64,000 nt of DNA, taken from assembly GCA_013239625.1 (NCBI GenBank), contig MU053881.1, positions 3,741,957 to 3,805,956 of the forward strand. Reading direction: 5' to 3'. A model generated the notes under the pieces. The model had not been told where the DNA came from. It saw only the letters and a list, made by a program, of their open reading frames with translations, and did not search any database. This DNA comes from Lama guanicoe. Its lineage: Eukaryota. The stretch's first letter is position 1, and every line of letters begins with the position of its first letter. Below, one piece after another: positions 11,551 to 23,080 of this stretch. Both the position numbers and the translations under genes were made by a program.

Positions 11551-14500
11551 AGATGGCAGATGGAGGTCTTATGCCGTCCTGGTCCTGCACCACGCCTCTC
11601 TCCTCTCCCCATCCCTCACCCAGGGGTCAGAGTCAGGCTCAGGGACTGGGAGAAGATGACCCTTTAGTAACTTCCTTGGTGGTTTAAAAAAGCTGACTTT
11701 TAAACCTTCGTCCAAACACTCTTGCAGTAAGATGGTGTGCCCCTCACTGCCCTCCTGGGGGTCACTGGGAAAATCACTGGACTTTTCTGCCTGTGGTTTC
11801 TCACGTATGTGCCAGGGATGAATAACATCTTCCTCCTGGGTCTGGCTGCTTGTGATAATGAAACGCCGCAGGCCCAGGAAGGTCCCACCAGCACCAGAGC
11901 ACATAGTAGGAGCTTGACGACATACCTTGACCCCTTGGCCATCCCCCGCCCCACCCCCACCTTTCCCCTTTCATTTGGAGCTGGAAGAAAGCGCGTCAAT
12001 CACGGGATAATTTATGCGGCACGATATGCCTTTATTATTCCACGCCGAGTCGGGGGGCTCCCAATGTCCAATGAAGGTCAAAAGGAGGCATGGCTTTTAT
12101 CTCTCTAGCAACTCTGGAAACACAGGGGGGAGGGGGCGAACTCACAGAGGTTTCCTCCTGAAAACAAACAGATCCTCTCCCCTGCCCTGAATAGCTTTCC
12201 TCAATCAAAGCTGTAAAAGTCTGCAAGCAGCGGGACTTCGCCCTGAGACTGGAGCGGCTAATAAAGCATTGAATGGAGGGAGTGACCCCTAGCTGGCAGA
12301 GGGGTCCCCGCTGGGCCCGGGCCCGCGCCTGCTGCCTCGTGGAGAATCCAAAGGTCACGTGTCATTAGTCAGTGTCTTACAGCGACCCTTTCAAAATTAT
12401 TGATAAAGGGGGAAGGAGACCCTTTCTGTTGCGAATCTCCAAACGATTTCCTTCTCTCTTTTCTTTCTTTTCTTTTCTTTTTTTTTTCCCTCCCCCACCG
12501 GTGGAAAAGCAACATCTTTTTCTGGTTTTCTTTCAGAGGCGAAAAGAACCAGTTTGAAATCAAGAGTTTCAACCTTTGCCGGACAGAAGAGTCAGGACTG
12601 GGGGCTTTTCTTGTGGATACAGTGCTGTAGTGTGAAGCCCTGGCTCTGAGAAGCCACTGAGTTCGGGCTCCCAGGAACACTCGTCTGTTTCATCCTTGTC
12701 CTCAAATTCTTCTCCGTGGTTCTAAACACTCCCGAGGTGTATCTTTGCTCCTTTCTAACCTCAGTTTGGCCCAAGGCCTGGGACCTCTGTCCAGACGTGA
12801 GGGGGTGCACGCGGCTCGCCAACAGCTGTGAACCTCTGGTCGTCGCCCCCTCCCCGTGACTCAGTTTCCTCCTCGCCGGTACAGCACCCCAGGCCCAGGG
12901 GAAAGTGATCTGGATGAACTCCTTGGGCTCTGAGGAGTGCTTGAAAGAGATAATCAGCCCTTCCTCCAATAGGAAGAATGACAATGATCTTAATTCCTTT
13001 TTATTTACTTAGCCCCTGCAGTTTACAGTGGTTATGTTACCTTTAATCCATCCGCCCCGGATTGATCTGATGGCATTCCTCGCTTTATAGATAGTCATTG
13101 TATTGCTGTTTTGTTTGTGGTACCTTTTGTGAGGTAATTGAGGGCCGTGTCACACCTCATCTGCAAGTGTCTACTGCTGAGGCAAATGTTGATGTGTGCG
13201 TGAGTGGGAACGTGCGTGTGTTATACCCCGCGCTTAGCGGAGAAGGCGAGAGTCACCTGCAGTCAGGGTCCTCCGGGGAGTTGCTTAAATCATCCACAAA
13301 GCACTGTCTCTGTGGTTATGTGTGTATAACTCTGTATAGTGATAAACACATACACAACGGAAACGGAAGGAGCATAGCTGGGACAAATTCCTGTTGCTTT
13401 GGGCATCAGATGAAGGACTTGGCTACAAGCCAAGTCATATGAATGTTTTTTAAACACGAGAATCTTGCTCCTCAGGGCCGGATGCTCAGAGGCACCGCAC
13501 CCTATTTAAATCTCCGTGTTAAAAATCGAATTTGAGTACATTAAATGCCCTTGTGATGCAACCTCCACCATAACTGTTCTTTCCCCACATGCCATTTGTG
13601 GGTATTGAGTTACTTTAACTCCAAATAAATGAATATTCCCACGTCTCATTCATTCCCTTGGAGGGGGCAGCCCTTGTGCAGGTCAGCACCTGCTGTGGTA
13701 AGCCATGTGGTTTTACAAAGTGACGAAGGTGACATTGGACCAAAAAGTGACGCCTGTGACTGGGGGTGGGATTCCCCCCGGTACCAGCTGGCAGCTGCCT
13801 GGTAGAGCGCTCAAGGCAGGAGCTCCGGAGCTGTTGCCTCTCCCTCCAGCAGAAGAATTCCTGGAGGAGGAACAGGGACTGCATCCCTGTCCTGTCCCTG
13901 ACCATTGTCCAGACAAAGAGCCTGGCCAGAAGTTTATAAACAGAGGATGGGGGCAGTGGTGGAAGGATGGGCGTGTGAGGGATGAAGGAATAGAGGTGGG
14001 AGAGGGGGAAATTAGCAGGAAAAAATTGGGGAGGTGGAATTATGAAGGGACAGGCCTTTACGTTGAAGGAAGAAGCAGCTCATGAAACTGAGCTTAGTGT
14101 TAAAAATGCGTGATCCGAGGTCAGACCCTGGGCGCTCCCCGGGCTCCTCGATCAGGATGCTGGCCTCTGTTCCCTTTGCTGACCCACTGGGATCTCTCCA
14201 TGTCTCTCTATCCCCAATGCTTGCTGCAGCCTCACAGTCTCTTCCTGATCTATTGCAGGAGGCTGCACACACCTCCAGGATGAAAAGGAGGCTGGATTAG
14301 CCCCAGTTCCTCCAGGCTTCGCCAGGTCCTGGCCAGAGCAGCCAGTGGGTCGCTTCATGTTTGATGGACAACTTCTGAGACCCACTGGGCTCTCTGCTCA
14401 CAAGCATTTTAGAGCCCATCAGAGGTGCTGGCTGGCTTGCTATCAGGGGCCCCTGTGTTTTCCAACTGTCCCCAGAGGACCCCCAAACTAAGTCCCTAGC

Positions 14501-14604
14501 CAAGCTCCAGGGACTATATTCATCCCTTACCTGGACTTCTCCCGACCTAAGAAATGGGGGCCCGTTGGGTTTGTCTTGCTGATAAACAAGACCCTAGGTA
14601 TTCT

Positions 14605-14745
14605 TGATGCCTCAGTTTTCCCATCTGTAAAATGGGACTTTGTAATACTGCCCATCTCACAGAGCCATGTTAAGGATTAAATGAACAAGTGCATGAAGAG
14701 AGCTTAAAAGAGGGCTTGGCACAGAATTAGCTGCTATCATTATGG
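14605..14745 (+). mobile_element. MIR SINE
   Basis: 'gcctcagttttcccatctgtaaaatggg...aaggattaaatga...cttggcacag'. Confidence 0.85.
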
Positions 14746-14954
14746 CTGTTGCTGAGTTTTCGTGTGTTCTCTAATGATTGTTTTATTTTCACTATTACTG
14801 TTTTTTTTAATTTTTTTTATTTCATGCTGTTTCTTACTTCATTTCTTAGCATGTTTTATGTATTTTTTGTTATTGATTTGGATTCTCTGTGTTCTTTTTA
14901 GTATTGATGACTAACTATTTTGGAGGTGGATTCTCAGTGATAGCGTTTTACAAA

Positions 14955-15088
14955 TTTGTTTGTTTGTTACAGGGGAGGTGGTAATAAGGTTCATTTATTT
15001 ATTTATTTGATGGAGGTACTGGGGATTGAACCCAGGACCTCGTGCATGCCAAGCACACACTCTGTTATTGAGCTGTACCCTCCTCCCC
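14955..15088 (-). mobile_element. Vic-1-type SINE
   Basis: 'tggaggtactggggattgaacccaggacctcgtgcatgccaagcac...gagctgtaccctcctcccc'. Confidence 0.92.
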
Positions 15089-15294
15089 AACCAGAATTTT
15101 ATACTGTGGAACAGGCATATGACATGCAGCCATATGATTATTTACTGTCCATAACAGTGCCTGCATCAATCTCCAATGATCATGATGATCACATATGACG
15201 GAATATCTTCTCCTTCCCTTGTCATCTGTGGTGGAGAATTTCTACATCTATTTATTCCTTGATCTGATTTTTTTTCCATTAAAATCACAAAACA

Positions 15295-15405
15295 GGGATG
15301 GAAATAGCTCAGTGGTCAAGTGCATGCCCAGTATGCACGAGGTCCTGGGTTTAATTCCCAGTACCTCCATTAAAAAAATGAAATAAAATTAAAACAAACA
15401 AACAA
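15295..15405 (+). mobile_element. Vic-1-type SINE (short form) with 14-bp TSD
   Basis: tRNA-Ala head plus A-tail; exact TSD aaaatcacaaaaca at 15281-15294 and 15406-15419; TT/AAAA L1-endonuclease site. Confidence 0.93.
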
Positions 15406-16704
15406 AAAATCACAAAACAAGAGATGTCAAAATGTGACATATCTCACTTGGCTCCGTTCAGACTTTTTAAGGGAACAGAGTTGCCAAGAGCAGGGCCACA
15501 GCGTCACCTGCTCTGCCCCTCGGCTTCTTTCCGTGTAGAACATGGCCAGTGACAGGATATATTTCACCGGCTTGTTATAGGCATAAACGGGAAATTGTAA
15601 AGCTGTTAGCACAGAATGGGTCACAAAAGTCAGCCATCGTTAGATAAGAGACTATTCTTGGGGCCTCAGTTTCTTCACCAATAAAATGGGCATGTTGCCT
15701 CCTGGTGCCTGGATGCTCTGAAGACTTTGGGGCGGGCTGCCCAGTAATGGGTAAAATGTCCAGCGTTTGGTCAGGGCTGCATAAGGACCAATTCCCCTCT
15801 TCCCGCCACTTGCTCACCCTTGAATCCTGGAGATCGCGTGTGAAAGAGAAAAACAAACAAAATACCCAGCACGGCTTTGCCCACAGCAGAGTCTCCTTCC
15901 TACAGGGAGCCCTGAAGAGTAAGCCTGGTCCCCATCCCCCGCCCCCTCCAGCAGTTAAGTGAGACCATAAATGTGGTGCAGAGGAGACAGCAAGATTCTT
16001 TTTACAGTTTCCTCTCGGGGATTGACATTGTATTAGCATAGAGATAAATAATGCCAGATAAGAACCCTCTGGTTTTACATCTGGGGCTGGAGGAACTTGG
16101 TCTGGGAGAAAAAACATCACGTTTCTTGCTGGGGCGAATCCCAGCCTCAGGGGGAGGGAGGCAGCGATGGGCCCCACCGGGATGCACCGCCAGCGGCTTC
16201 CCAGCTCTGTGGGAAGCAAGTTTTGACAACAGCAATGCTAATTGATGAAATGTTCTCATCAGAGATTACAGTGCAGAGAGTGATCACATTTTTATTTCTC
16301 TGGGGAGGGGAGGGCTTTCCTTTAAAAGTTCTATTTATCCCTGTATATTCTATCCTGGCGTACAAGAGGCCTGGGTTAGGTGAGTTATTCCTGGACCCTG
16401 AGGCTTGATTACTCTTTCTTCATCTTAAATCTTGTTTACTACAAACTACCTTATGCCATCGCCTTTGGTTTTCTGGGTCTGATTGGAATTTGAATGTGTA
16501 GCTGGCCAGGACGCTGGACTTTGGAGTTGTAGCATTGAATCCTGGTTCTGCTAGATTCCGGTGTGTGGGCTGGGGAAGGGGTTTGCACTCTCTGGATGGA
16601 CTTGACTTTTCTTATCTCTAAAATAGGGATTTAATATATCCATTTGTTTGAAAAATTACTGTACAGGAGCACGTGGGGGGAAAATTCCTTTTAAAAAACG
16701 TACA

Positions 16705-16830
16705 GGAGAGAGGGTAATAGCTCAGTGATAGAGCGCGTGCTTAGCATGCACGAGGTCCTGAGTTCAATCCCCAGTCCCTCCACTAAAAAATTAAAATAAA
16801 AAAATAAAAACAAGCAAGAAACACAAATAA
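16705..16830 (+). mobile_element. Vic-1-type SINE (short form)
   Basis: 'tagctcagtgatagagcgcgtgcttagcatgcacgaggtcctgagttcaatccccagtccctcca' plus A-rich tail. Confidence 0.92.
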
Positions 16831-16849
16831 AAACCCTTGACAAAAGACG

Positions 16850-17795
16850 CTGTTACAAATATAAAAAGATAGCCAGAGACTGGAGAAGATATTCACAACA
16901 CATATATTTGACATAGGGTGTATAGTCAGAATATATAAAGAATCCTTTCAACTCAATAATAAGAAGACAAATAGCCCAATTAAATAATGAGCAAAAGATT
17001 TGGACTCTTCACCAAAGGAGTTATGCAAATAGTCAGTAAGCCCAGGAAAAGAAACTCAACATGATTAATCATCAGAGAATTGCAAATTAAAACCACAAGG
17101 AAATACCACTACACACCCATTAGAATGTCTAAAATCAAAAAGGCTAACAACACTCCAGTTGCCAGGGCATGAAGCAGTAGGAACTCACACACTGGGACAG
17201 GAAATGTAGAACTGTGCAACGTTAGAAATCAATTTAGCAGTTTTTAAAAATAAAATTAAACATATTTCTATTATATGACCCAACGATTCTACTCCTAAGT
17301 ATTTACCCAAGAAGAACTTGAAAACTTGTACATGAATATTGATAGCTGCTTTCTCCATAGTAACAGGCTTCACTGGAAACAGCCCAGCTGTCCAGGGGAC
17401 GGAAATGGATAAATTGTGGTATATCCATACGATGGAATACTACTCAGTAACAAAAAGGAATAAACTAGTGATACACGCGACAACATGGGTGAATCTCAAA
17501 AACATTATGGTGAGCAAAGGAAGCCACACACAAAACAGTACGAACTGTATGATTTCATTTCTATGACGTTCTCGAACAGGCAAAATGAAGGTACAATAGA
17601 AGAAATAAGACCAGTAGTTATCTCGGGGAGCATGGTAGTAATAGTCTGGAAAGGACCATAAAGGAACTTTCTAGAATGGTGTCCTCTAGGTCTGTTCGGG
17701 TGGTGGTCTCATGACTGTGCAGAAATTAAATGAAAAATCCATTGAGCGCTGCATTTAAGATTTGTGCATTTTATGTACATGAATCCAATCTCAAC
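16850..17795 (+). mobile_element. old L1M fragment (ORF2 3' end and 3'UTR)
   Basis: 'gcaaattaaaaccacaaggaaataccactacacacccattagaatg'; ORF 17339-17566 includes L1-like 'MDKLWYIHTMEYYS'. Confidence 0.9.
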
Positions 17796-17959
17796 ACAGT
17801 CATGTTGAAAATGTAATCAGACACGTTATTGTCATTATTGAAAAGAGACTAGTGGGCCAGCTACAATCTGACTCAATCTGGCTGCCCAGGAAATTATCTC
17901 TCCCAAAAGGACCCATGGACAAAGTCAATGCTATCTCATTAAAAAAAGTACCTATTTTC

Positions 17960-18430
17960 AATCGGAATGGCTGCAGAGAAAGAGACAGACAACACCAAAT
18001 GTCAGTGAGGATGAGGAGCAACTGGAACTCTTCACACACTGCTAGTGGGAGTGTAAATTGGTAAAACCATTCTGGAAAATTGTTTGGCAATATCTAATAA
18101 AGCTAAACATTTGTACACCTTAGGACCCAGTAATTCCACCCTGGATACGTACCTAGAGAACTGAGTCCATATAAAAAGACAGAAGCAAGAAAACCTACAG
18201 CAGCTCCTTTGTAATGGCCCCAAACCTGAAACTACCCAAATGCAAGTTGCAGTGGAATGCCTCAATGACTTGAGTTCTACTCATACATCACAACGCTGCA
18301 CAGCAAGCAGGGTGAGCCAAGTCCAACTGCACACGGCAACGTAATGTTGAGCAAAAGAAGCCAGACTCAAAAGCATCTACACCACAGAGACCCATTTGTA
18401 CTATAATCAAAAACAGGCAAAACAAACCTT
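17960..18430 (+). mobile_element. old L1M(E) fragment
   Basis: 'gaggatgaggagcaactggaactcttcacacactgctagtgggagtgtaaattggtaaaaccattctggaaaa'. Confidence 0.85.
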
Positions 18431-18749
18431 CAGCAAAAGAAATCTGCTATTTTAAGATACAGATCATGCCCTGTGGTCTTATTAACTGATTATTCCTCCC
18501 TGTTGTCGATTTGTCAGCATTATAAGTAACTTTGTAATGGTTATCATCCTTCAGAAAGTCTATTTTTAAGTTCCTCAGGATAAAGCCTAAAAAGGGAATT
18601 GCTATGCTATAGGAATATTTTTAAGACCTTTGATACTTAATGCCAATTTGTTCTCCGAAAAGCTGGCATTGCTCTCAGTCACCAGCAGCCATACGGGAGT
18701 TCCAATTTCATCACATTATCAGTACTAGGTTTTATCATTTTTAAAAATT

Positions 18750-18892
18750 CAATTTGTTTTGGGTTTATTTATTTAATTTATTTTTAATGGAGGTTTAATT
18801 AATTAATGAAATTTATTTATTTTTAACGGAGGTGCTGGGGATTGAACCTAGGACCTCATGCATGCTAAGCATGCACTCTACCACTAAGCTAC
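18750..18892 (-). mobile_element. Vic-1-type SINE inserted in an old antisense L1M fragment (~18480-19040)
   Basis: 'ggaggtgctggggattgaacctaggacctcatgcatgctaagcatgcactctaccactaagcta'. Confidence 0.9.
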
Positions 18893-19177
18893 ATTTAAAA
18901 ACAATCATTGGTATTTGGATAGACAAATAATTTTTCTTTCCTAGTTCTGTTTTATGATTCCTTGAGACACTGATTATTTTTCCATATAGTAGTCAATCAG
19001 TTGTGTTTCCCTTTTTGGTAATCACCAATCATTGATTTTCCCCATGAATCAGGATCTCAGATTCTCCCTTTGTAGAAAGATCACTGAGCCCAAAGGTGGG
19101 TAAAAGACTGTCCTGAATTCCTGCCCTCTCTGTGCTTACTAAGATGAACCAGAAGTTCTGCCCCAGGCCCACAAAGC

Positions 19178-19360
19178 GCTGATTCTCAACCTTCATTGTG
19201 CACAAGATTCATTTGGGAGGGAGCTTGTTTAATTGAAAGATGCCCGGATCCACTCCCTGAGCTTCTGAGCTGTAGGGCTGTGATGGGCTTCAGGAATCTA
19301 CATTTTTGATAAGTATATCCCAAGATGACTCTGAAGCTGGTGGCCCATAGAACCAGCAGC
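19178..19360. mobile_element. MER5-like hAT MITE
   Basis: 'gattctcaacctt...caggaatctacatttttgataagt...gatgactctgaagctggtggcccatagaacc'. Confidence 0.7.
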
Positions 19361-19589
19361 AAAGGGAAAAGCTCTGCCTCAAAGAGAGGGCTGGTTGTCA
19401 TTATCATTACTTTCACGTGGTCAAGGTGAGTTTGGGTGATGAGGAATGAAGGGATTTGGTGTCTCTAGAGATTACCAGGTATACAGTAGGTATTCAATAT
19501 GGACTTATTTCATTGATTAATACTTCTTAATTCCAGGCATCCAGTTGCTCATTAACTATTATTTTTGCTTAGCCATTAGGGGCTAAGCA

Positions 19590-19985
19590 CGCAGTAGACA
19601 CACAGTACAGACATAGTAGAGTCGGGTCTTGAAGGATGAATAGGAGTTTTCCAGCTACAGACTAGAGGAAAGGCACAATAAGTAGATGAAGCAGCCTGCG
19701 CAAAGACATAAACATTTAAAATAAGGTTTGTTTATTTGAGTAATGGTGAGTCAACTGGTATGGCTGAAACATGGGGAAGTGGCTGGCATAGCCTAGAAAG
19801 ACAGGTTGTGCCCGGTTGTGAAAGTCTTCGAATGCCAAGTTCAGGAGATTTAAGTTTTCATTCTTAGGGCAGTGGGGAAGCTATGGAAGGTTTAAGCAGA
19901 GAAGTGAGACAATATAGATCATCACATTGACAGATTGACTGGACATGGAGAGAGTGTGGACACAGGGAGATAAATTAAGGCAAGG
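19590..19985 (-). mobile_element. L2 LINE fragment
   Basis: 'gggtcttgaaggatgaataggagttttccag', 'gggcagtggggaagctatggaaggtttaagcag'. Confidence 0.75.
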
Positions 19986-20154
19986 CCAAGAGCACTGGGA
20001 GCTTCCTTTTGTTTGTTCCTCGGTGATCCAAGTCCTTTTCAGGAGAGCTAGTATTTCTCACTAAGGATATTCCACTTTTAGGCATTTCTTTCATAACCAA
20101 ACTCCCATATGGGATAATATACATGGGTATTGCTTGTCATATTACCTATTTGAG

Positions 20155-20226
20155 ACAGAAACATACTAAATTATTATTTTTGTAGGTCAAAGAATGGTCA
20201 AATATTGGTAATTTCATGTTCAGTAA
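20155..20226. mobile_element. MADE2-like Mariner MITE remnant
   Basis: 'tttttgtaggtcaaagaatggtcaaatattggtaatttcatg' matches my recollection of the MADE2 internal sequence. Confidence 0.5.
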
Positions 20227-20379
20227 TTCCATATGGGTAATTTCCATCTTAATAGTAGCAAAAGATTGGCCAAGACCTCAGTGCTGATCATCAGGAAACT
20301 GGCCTCTTCTGGCTTCCATATGGAAGGGCTAGCTTTCTGTAAGTGTGTTTGCTCTGGCATTATCTCTCCGATCTATTAA

Positions 20380-20680
20380 GGACTTACTGCTTTTTTAAGG
20401 CATAATACTAGTATTATGTGTATAGTTCCAAAAGAATCTTTATCTTTTAGATAAACAACTCGACCTATTTACAGGGAAAATAATAGCTGTCTGATATTTG
20501 CTTCAAAATAGCCTGGGGCAGGGTTGGGTGGGGTGGGTAGGCGATGGGTGGAGATCTAGACTAGAACAGATTGACCAAGAATAGGTATTTGTTGAAGCTG
20601 GCTGAAGGGACACACGAGAATTCCCATTAGCGTTCTGTCTGCCTTTGTATAGGTTTTGCAAGTTTCCCTGACAACATGGT
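20380..20680 (+). mobile_element. old L1MC/ME 3' fragment
   Basis: 'gatatttgcttcaaaata...gtatttgttgaagctggctgaaggg...tctgcctttgtataggttttgcaagtttcc'. Confidence 0.65.
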
Positions 20681-20870
20681 TTTGAAAATGCACGCGGGTA
20701 GGACAGGTTTTAGAGAATGTTGTCATTGTGTAAAAGGAGGGGATATATGTGAGTGTGCATACACACATTTTTCATGCTGATAGAGGCATAAGATAGGTCT
20801 GGAAGGAGGGACAGGAATGAGAGCAAGTTGCACTCCTTTGTACTTAAAAAAAAACCCGTATGCATGTATT

Positions 20871-21099
20871 CTTTTTATAATTTTTTATTCTTATTTTTTA
20901 TTGACATTGATTTACAATGTTAGTTTCAGGTGTACAGTAAAGCGATTCAGTTATACATATACAAACGTATATATATTTATTTATATGTATACATACATTT
21001 TTTCAGTTTCTTTTCCATTACGGCTCATTACAAGAAATTGACTATAGTTCCCTATGCTATACAGGAGGTCCTTGTTGTTTATCAATTTTATATATGGCA
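20871..21099 (-). mobile_element. short L1 3' end with TSD
   Basis: 'ttgatttacaatgttagtttcaggtgtacagtaaagcgattcagttata...atagttccctatgctatacag'; exact 12-bp TSD tatgcatgtatt at 20859-20870 and 21100-21111. Confidence 0.92.
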
Positions 21100-21234
21100 T
21101 ATGCATGTATTATTTGTAAAAAATAAAATAAAAGCACAATGTAAAAATGAACTAACATGTAGACCCACAATCTGCTTCCGGCTCTGCACTAACTCTCAGT
21201 GCCTGCTGCCCTCAGTTTGCAGAAAGCAGTGCCT

Positions 21235-21635
21235 CCCTGCCCGGTGTGGTTGGAACAGCCCCGGAAAGTAACGTGTGCAGATTGCGTAGCCCAGGGCCTG
21301 GCGCAGGGGTGGTTCTCAGTAATCAGGGTGCCGGTGGTGAAAACGCCGAGTGTCCACCGAGAAACGGTACAGGGAAAGAAAGTCCCACGGGGCCTCTGAA
21401 AGGACCGCGCGGTGGGGTGCCCAGCTGTGACAGCCGTTTCACACTCGCCGTGTCCTCCCGCCTCATCAGCCAGAGAGGCCGGACGTCTGCCCTCAGCCGT
21501 CCGCAGCGACCAGATTCACGGGACCGTGGCCGCCGTCCACCCGCCGTCACTTCCTACGGGTCGGCTGCTCCCAAATCCCAGGCTCCTTCCTCCCGGATGA
21601 ACCTGAAAGCTGACTCAGCTACTTTTCGGTGAGTT
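21235..21635. promoter_or_regulatory. small orphan CpG-island-like element
   Basis: About 33 CpGs in ~395 bp by manual count, GC-rich, non-repetitive; ETS-like CACTTCC and GCTGACTCAGC (21609-21619). Confidence 0.55.
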
Positions 21636-22519
21636 CATTTCCAGGGGAGCTAGACGCAGACCCTTGGCAAAGTAATAGAGGATTCTGTGGGCTCACATGT
21701 CATCAGACTCTTCCATGGTGACGTTGGGGACGAGCACAAACAGCCCATGCATGAATTCCAGTCCAGGGGAGGTTAGACGACCCCCAGCAGACCGTTAAGG
21801 GTGGCTTGGGGGCTTCTGTGGTTGTACAGCAACCTGATACACGCAAAGCCGAATCTCCGCCCCACTTCTCACCAATAGCTGCATCCCGGGGAAGGTGCCC
21901 ACCCCCCCATCTTCTTGTTCACACCACGAGGTCTCCCCGGGGCCCAGAAAGTTAAGGAGGATCAAACTAGGAACGTGGTTCTGAATCCGACTTTCGAAGT
22001 TGATGTCTCTGGAAGCTAACAGTATGGGTCAGATGCCTCAGGCAGCCGCTGGTGAGAAATTATTTCCTCCCCTTTATCTATTTTTTATTACAAAGGGGGT
22101 TGTAAAGATTCTTCTCTTGCCATGGATTTGAAATGGGGAGCCCGTTGGTGAAAAGGCGAATTTGAAATGCACGTTTGCAGAGACGTATCATTTGGAAGAG
22201 GAAAGTGATCTTAGGGCCTTGGGATCTCTAGAGCAGAACTTTCAAAGGCAGCAAAAGGTAACGGATACCGTAGTCACTCACCAGCTGATTGTCACAATCA
22301 ACAGCTCAGGGGGAGGAGTATCAGTTGAATGAGCTGTCTGTCTTTGGGGACACAGAGAAGGTGGGAGACGGGCTTGTTCTGCCAGGACTGGCCCAAAGCA
22401 AGCCACAGTGACAGGTTCCAAGGAGCCCAGGCTTCCAGGCAAAAGGGCTTGATTCCTCACTCCTGATAATTACCTAAATAGTATAATATATATTATATTA
22501 CTATATATTATATATAATT

Positions 22520-22700
22520 ATAATAAGTGCCAACATATACTGAGTATTTACCATGTGTCTGCAACTGTGATAAATGCATTTTACATGTGCTTTTGTGCAT
22601 TTAACTCTTGCAATAACCGTTGAAGGAGGTACTGTTTTATTCCCATTTTACTGATGAAGCAGTAAGGGTACTGTGAGATTAGGGCACCCAACTTTACTTG
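22520..22700 (-). mobile_element. MIR SINE
   Basis: 'tactgagtatttaccatgtgtc...gaggtactgttttattcccattttactgatgaagcagt'. Confidence 0.8.
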
Positions 22701-22741
22701 GCTAACAGCCTTACCGGCACCTGTGAGGTAGGTATGCTGAA

Positions 22742-23080
22742 TTTTAGGTCTCCTGTGGTTACAACCACGGAAACTCGATTCAGAGTGGCTTAGGGAAAAT
22801 AAAGAGGAATGTATTGGTGCCCATCTCTAAACTATAGGCCAAGTTCTGCCTTCAGGCGTGGCTGTCTCCAGGACATGGGTCCCCTCAGCTGCCTCGGGTT
22901 CACTGCTGAACCCACCTCCTGAACACAGGAAGGAGATGCTCTGATTGGATGAGTCTCAGTCACCCTTGAAACTTGAACTACGTGGACTGCGGGTGGATGA
23001 GAGAGTGCCCGAAAGGAAAAATCAAGGTGCCATTACCAGAAGGGAGAACAAGGCTGGGTGGGCCCAACTGAACATTGTCC
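22742..23080 (-). mobile_element. old MaLR LTR (MLT1J/K-like)
   Basis: 'ggttacaaccacggaaactcgattcagagtggcttaggg...ctctgattgg...aaggaaaaatcaaggtgccattaccagaaggg'. Confidence 0.55.

Noticed and set aside
13832..13925. Possible splice acceptor 'tctccctccag' followed by purine-rich exon-like sequence
   Set aside because: No convincing downstream donor and no recognisable peptide.
16709..16782. tRNA-Ala(AGC)-like cloverleaf (also the eight other copies)
   Set aside because: Each has an A-rich tail, some have TSDs, and most have A/B-box or stem mutations. These are SINEs, not tRNA genes.
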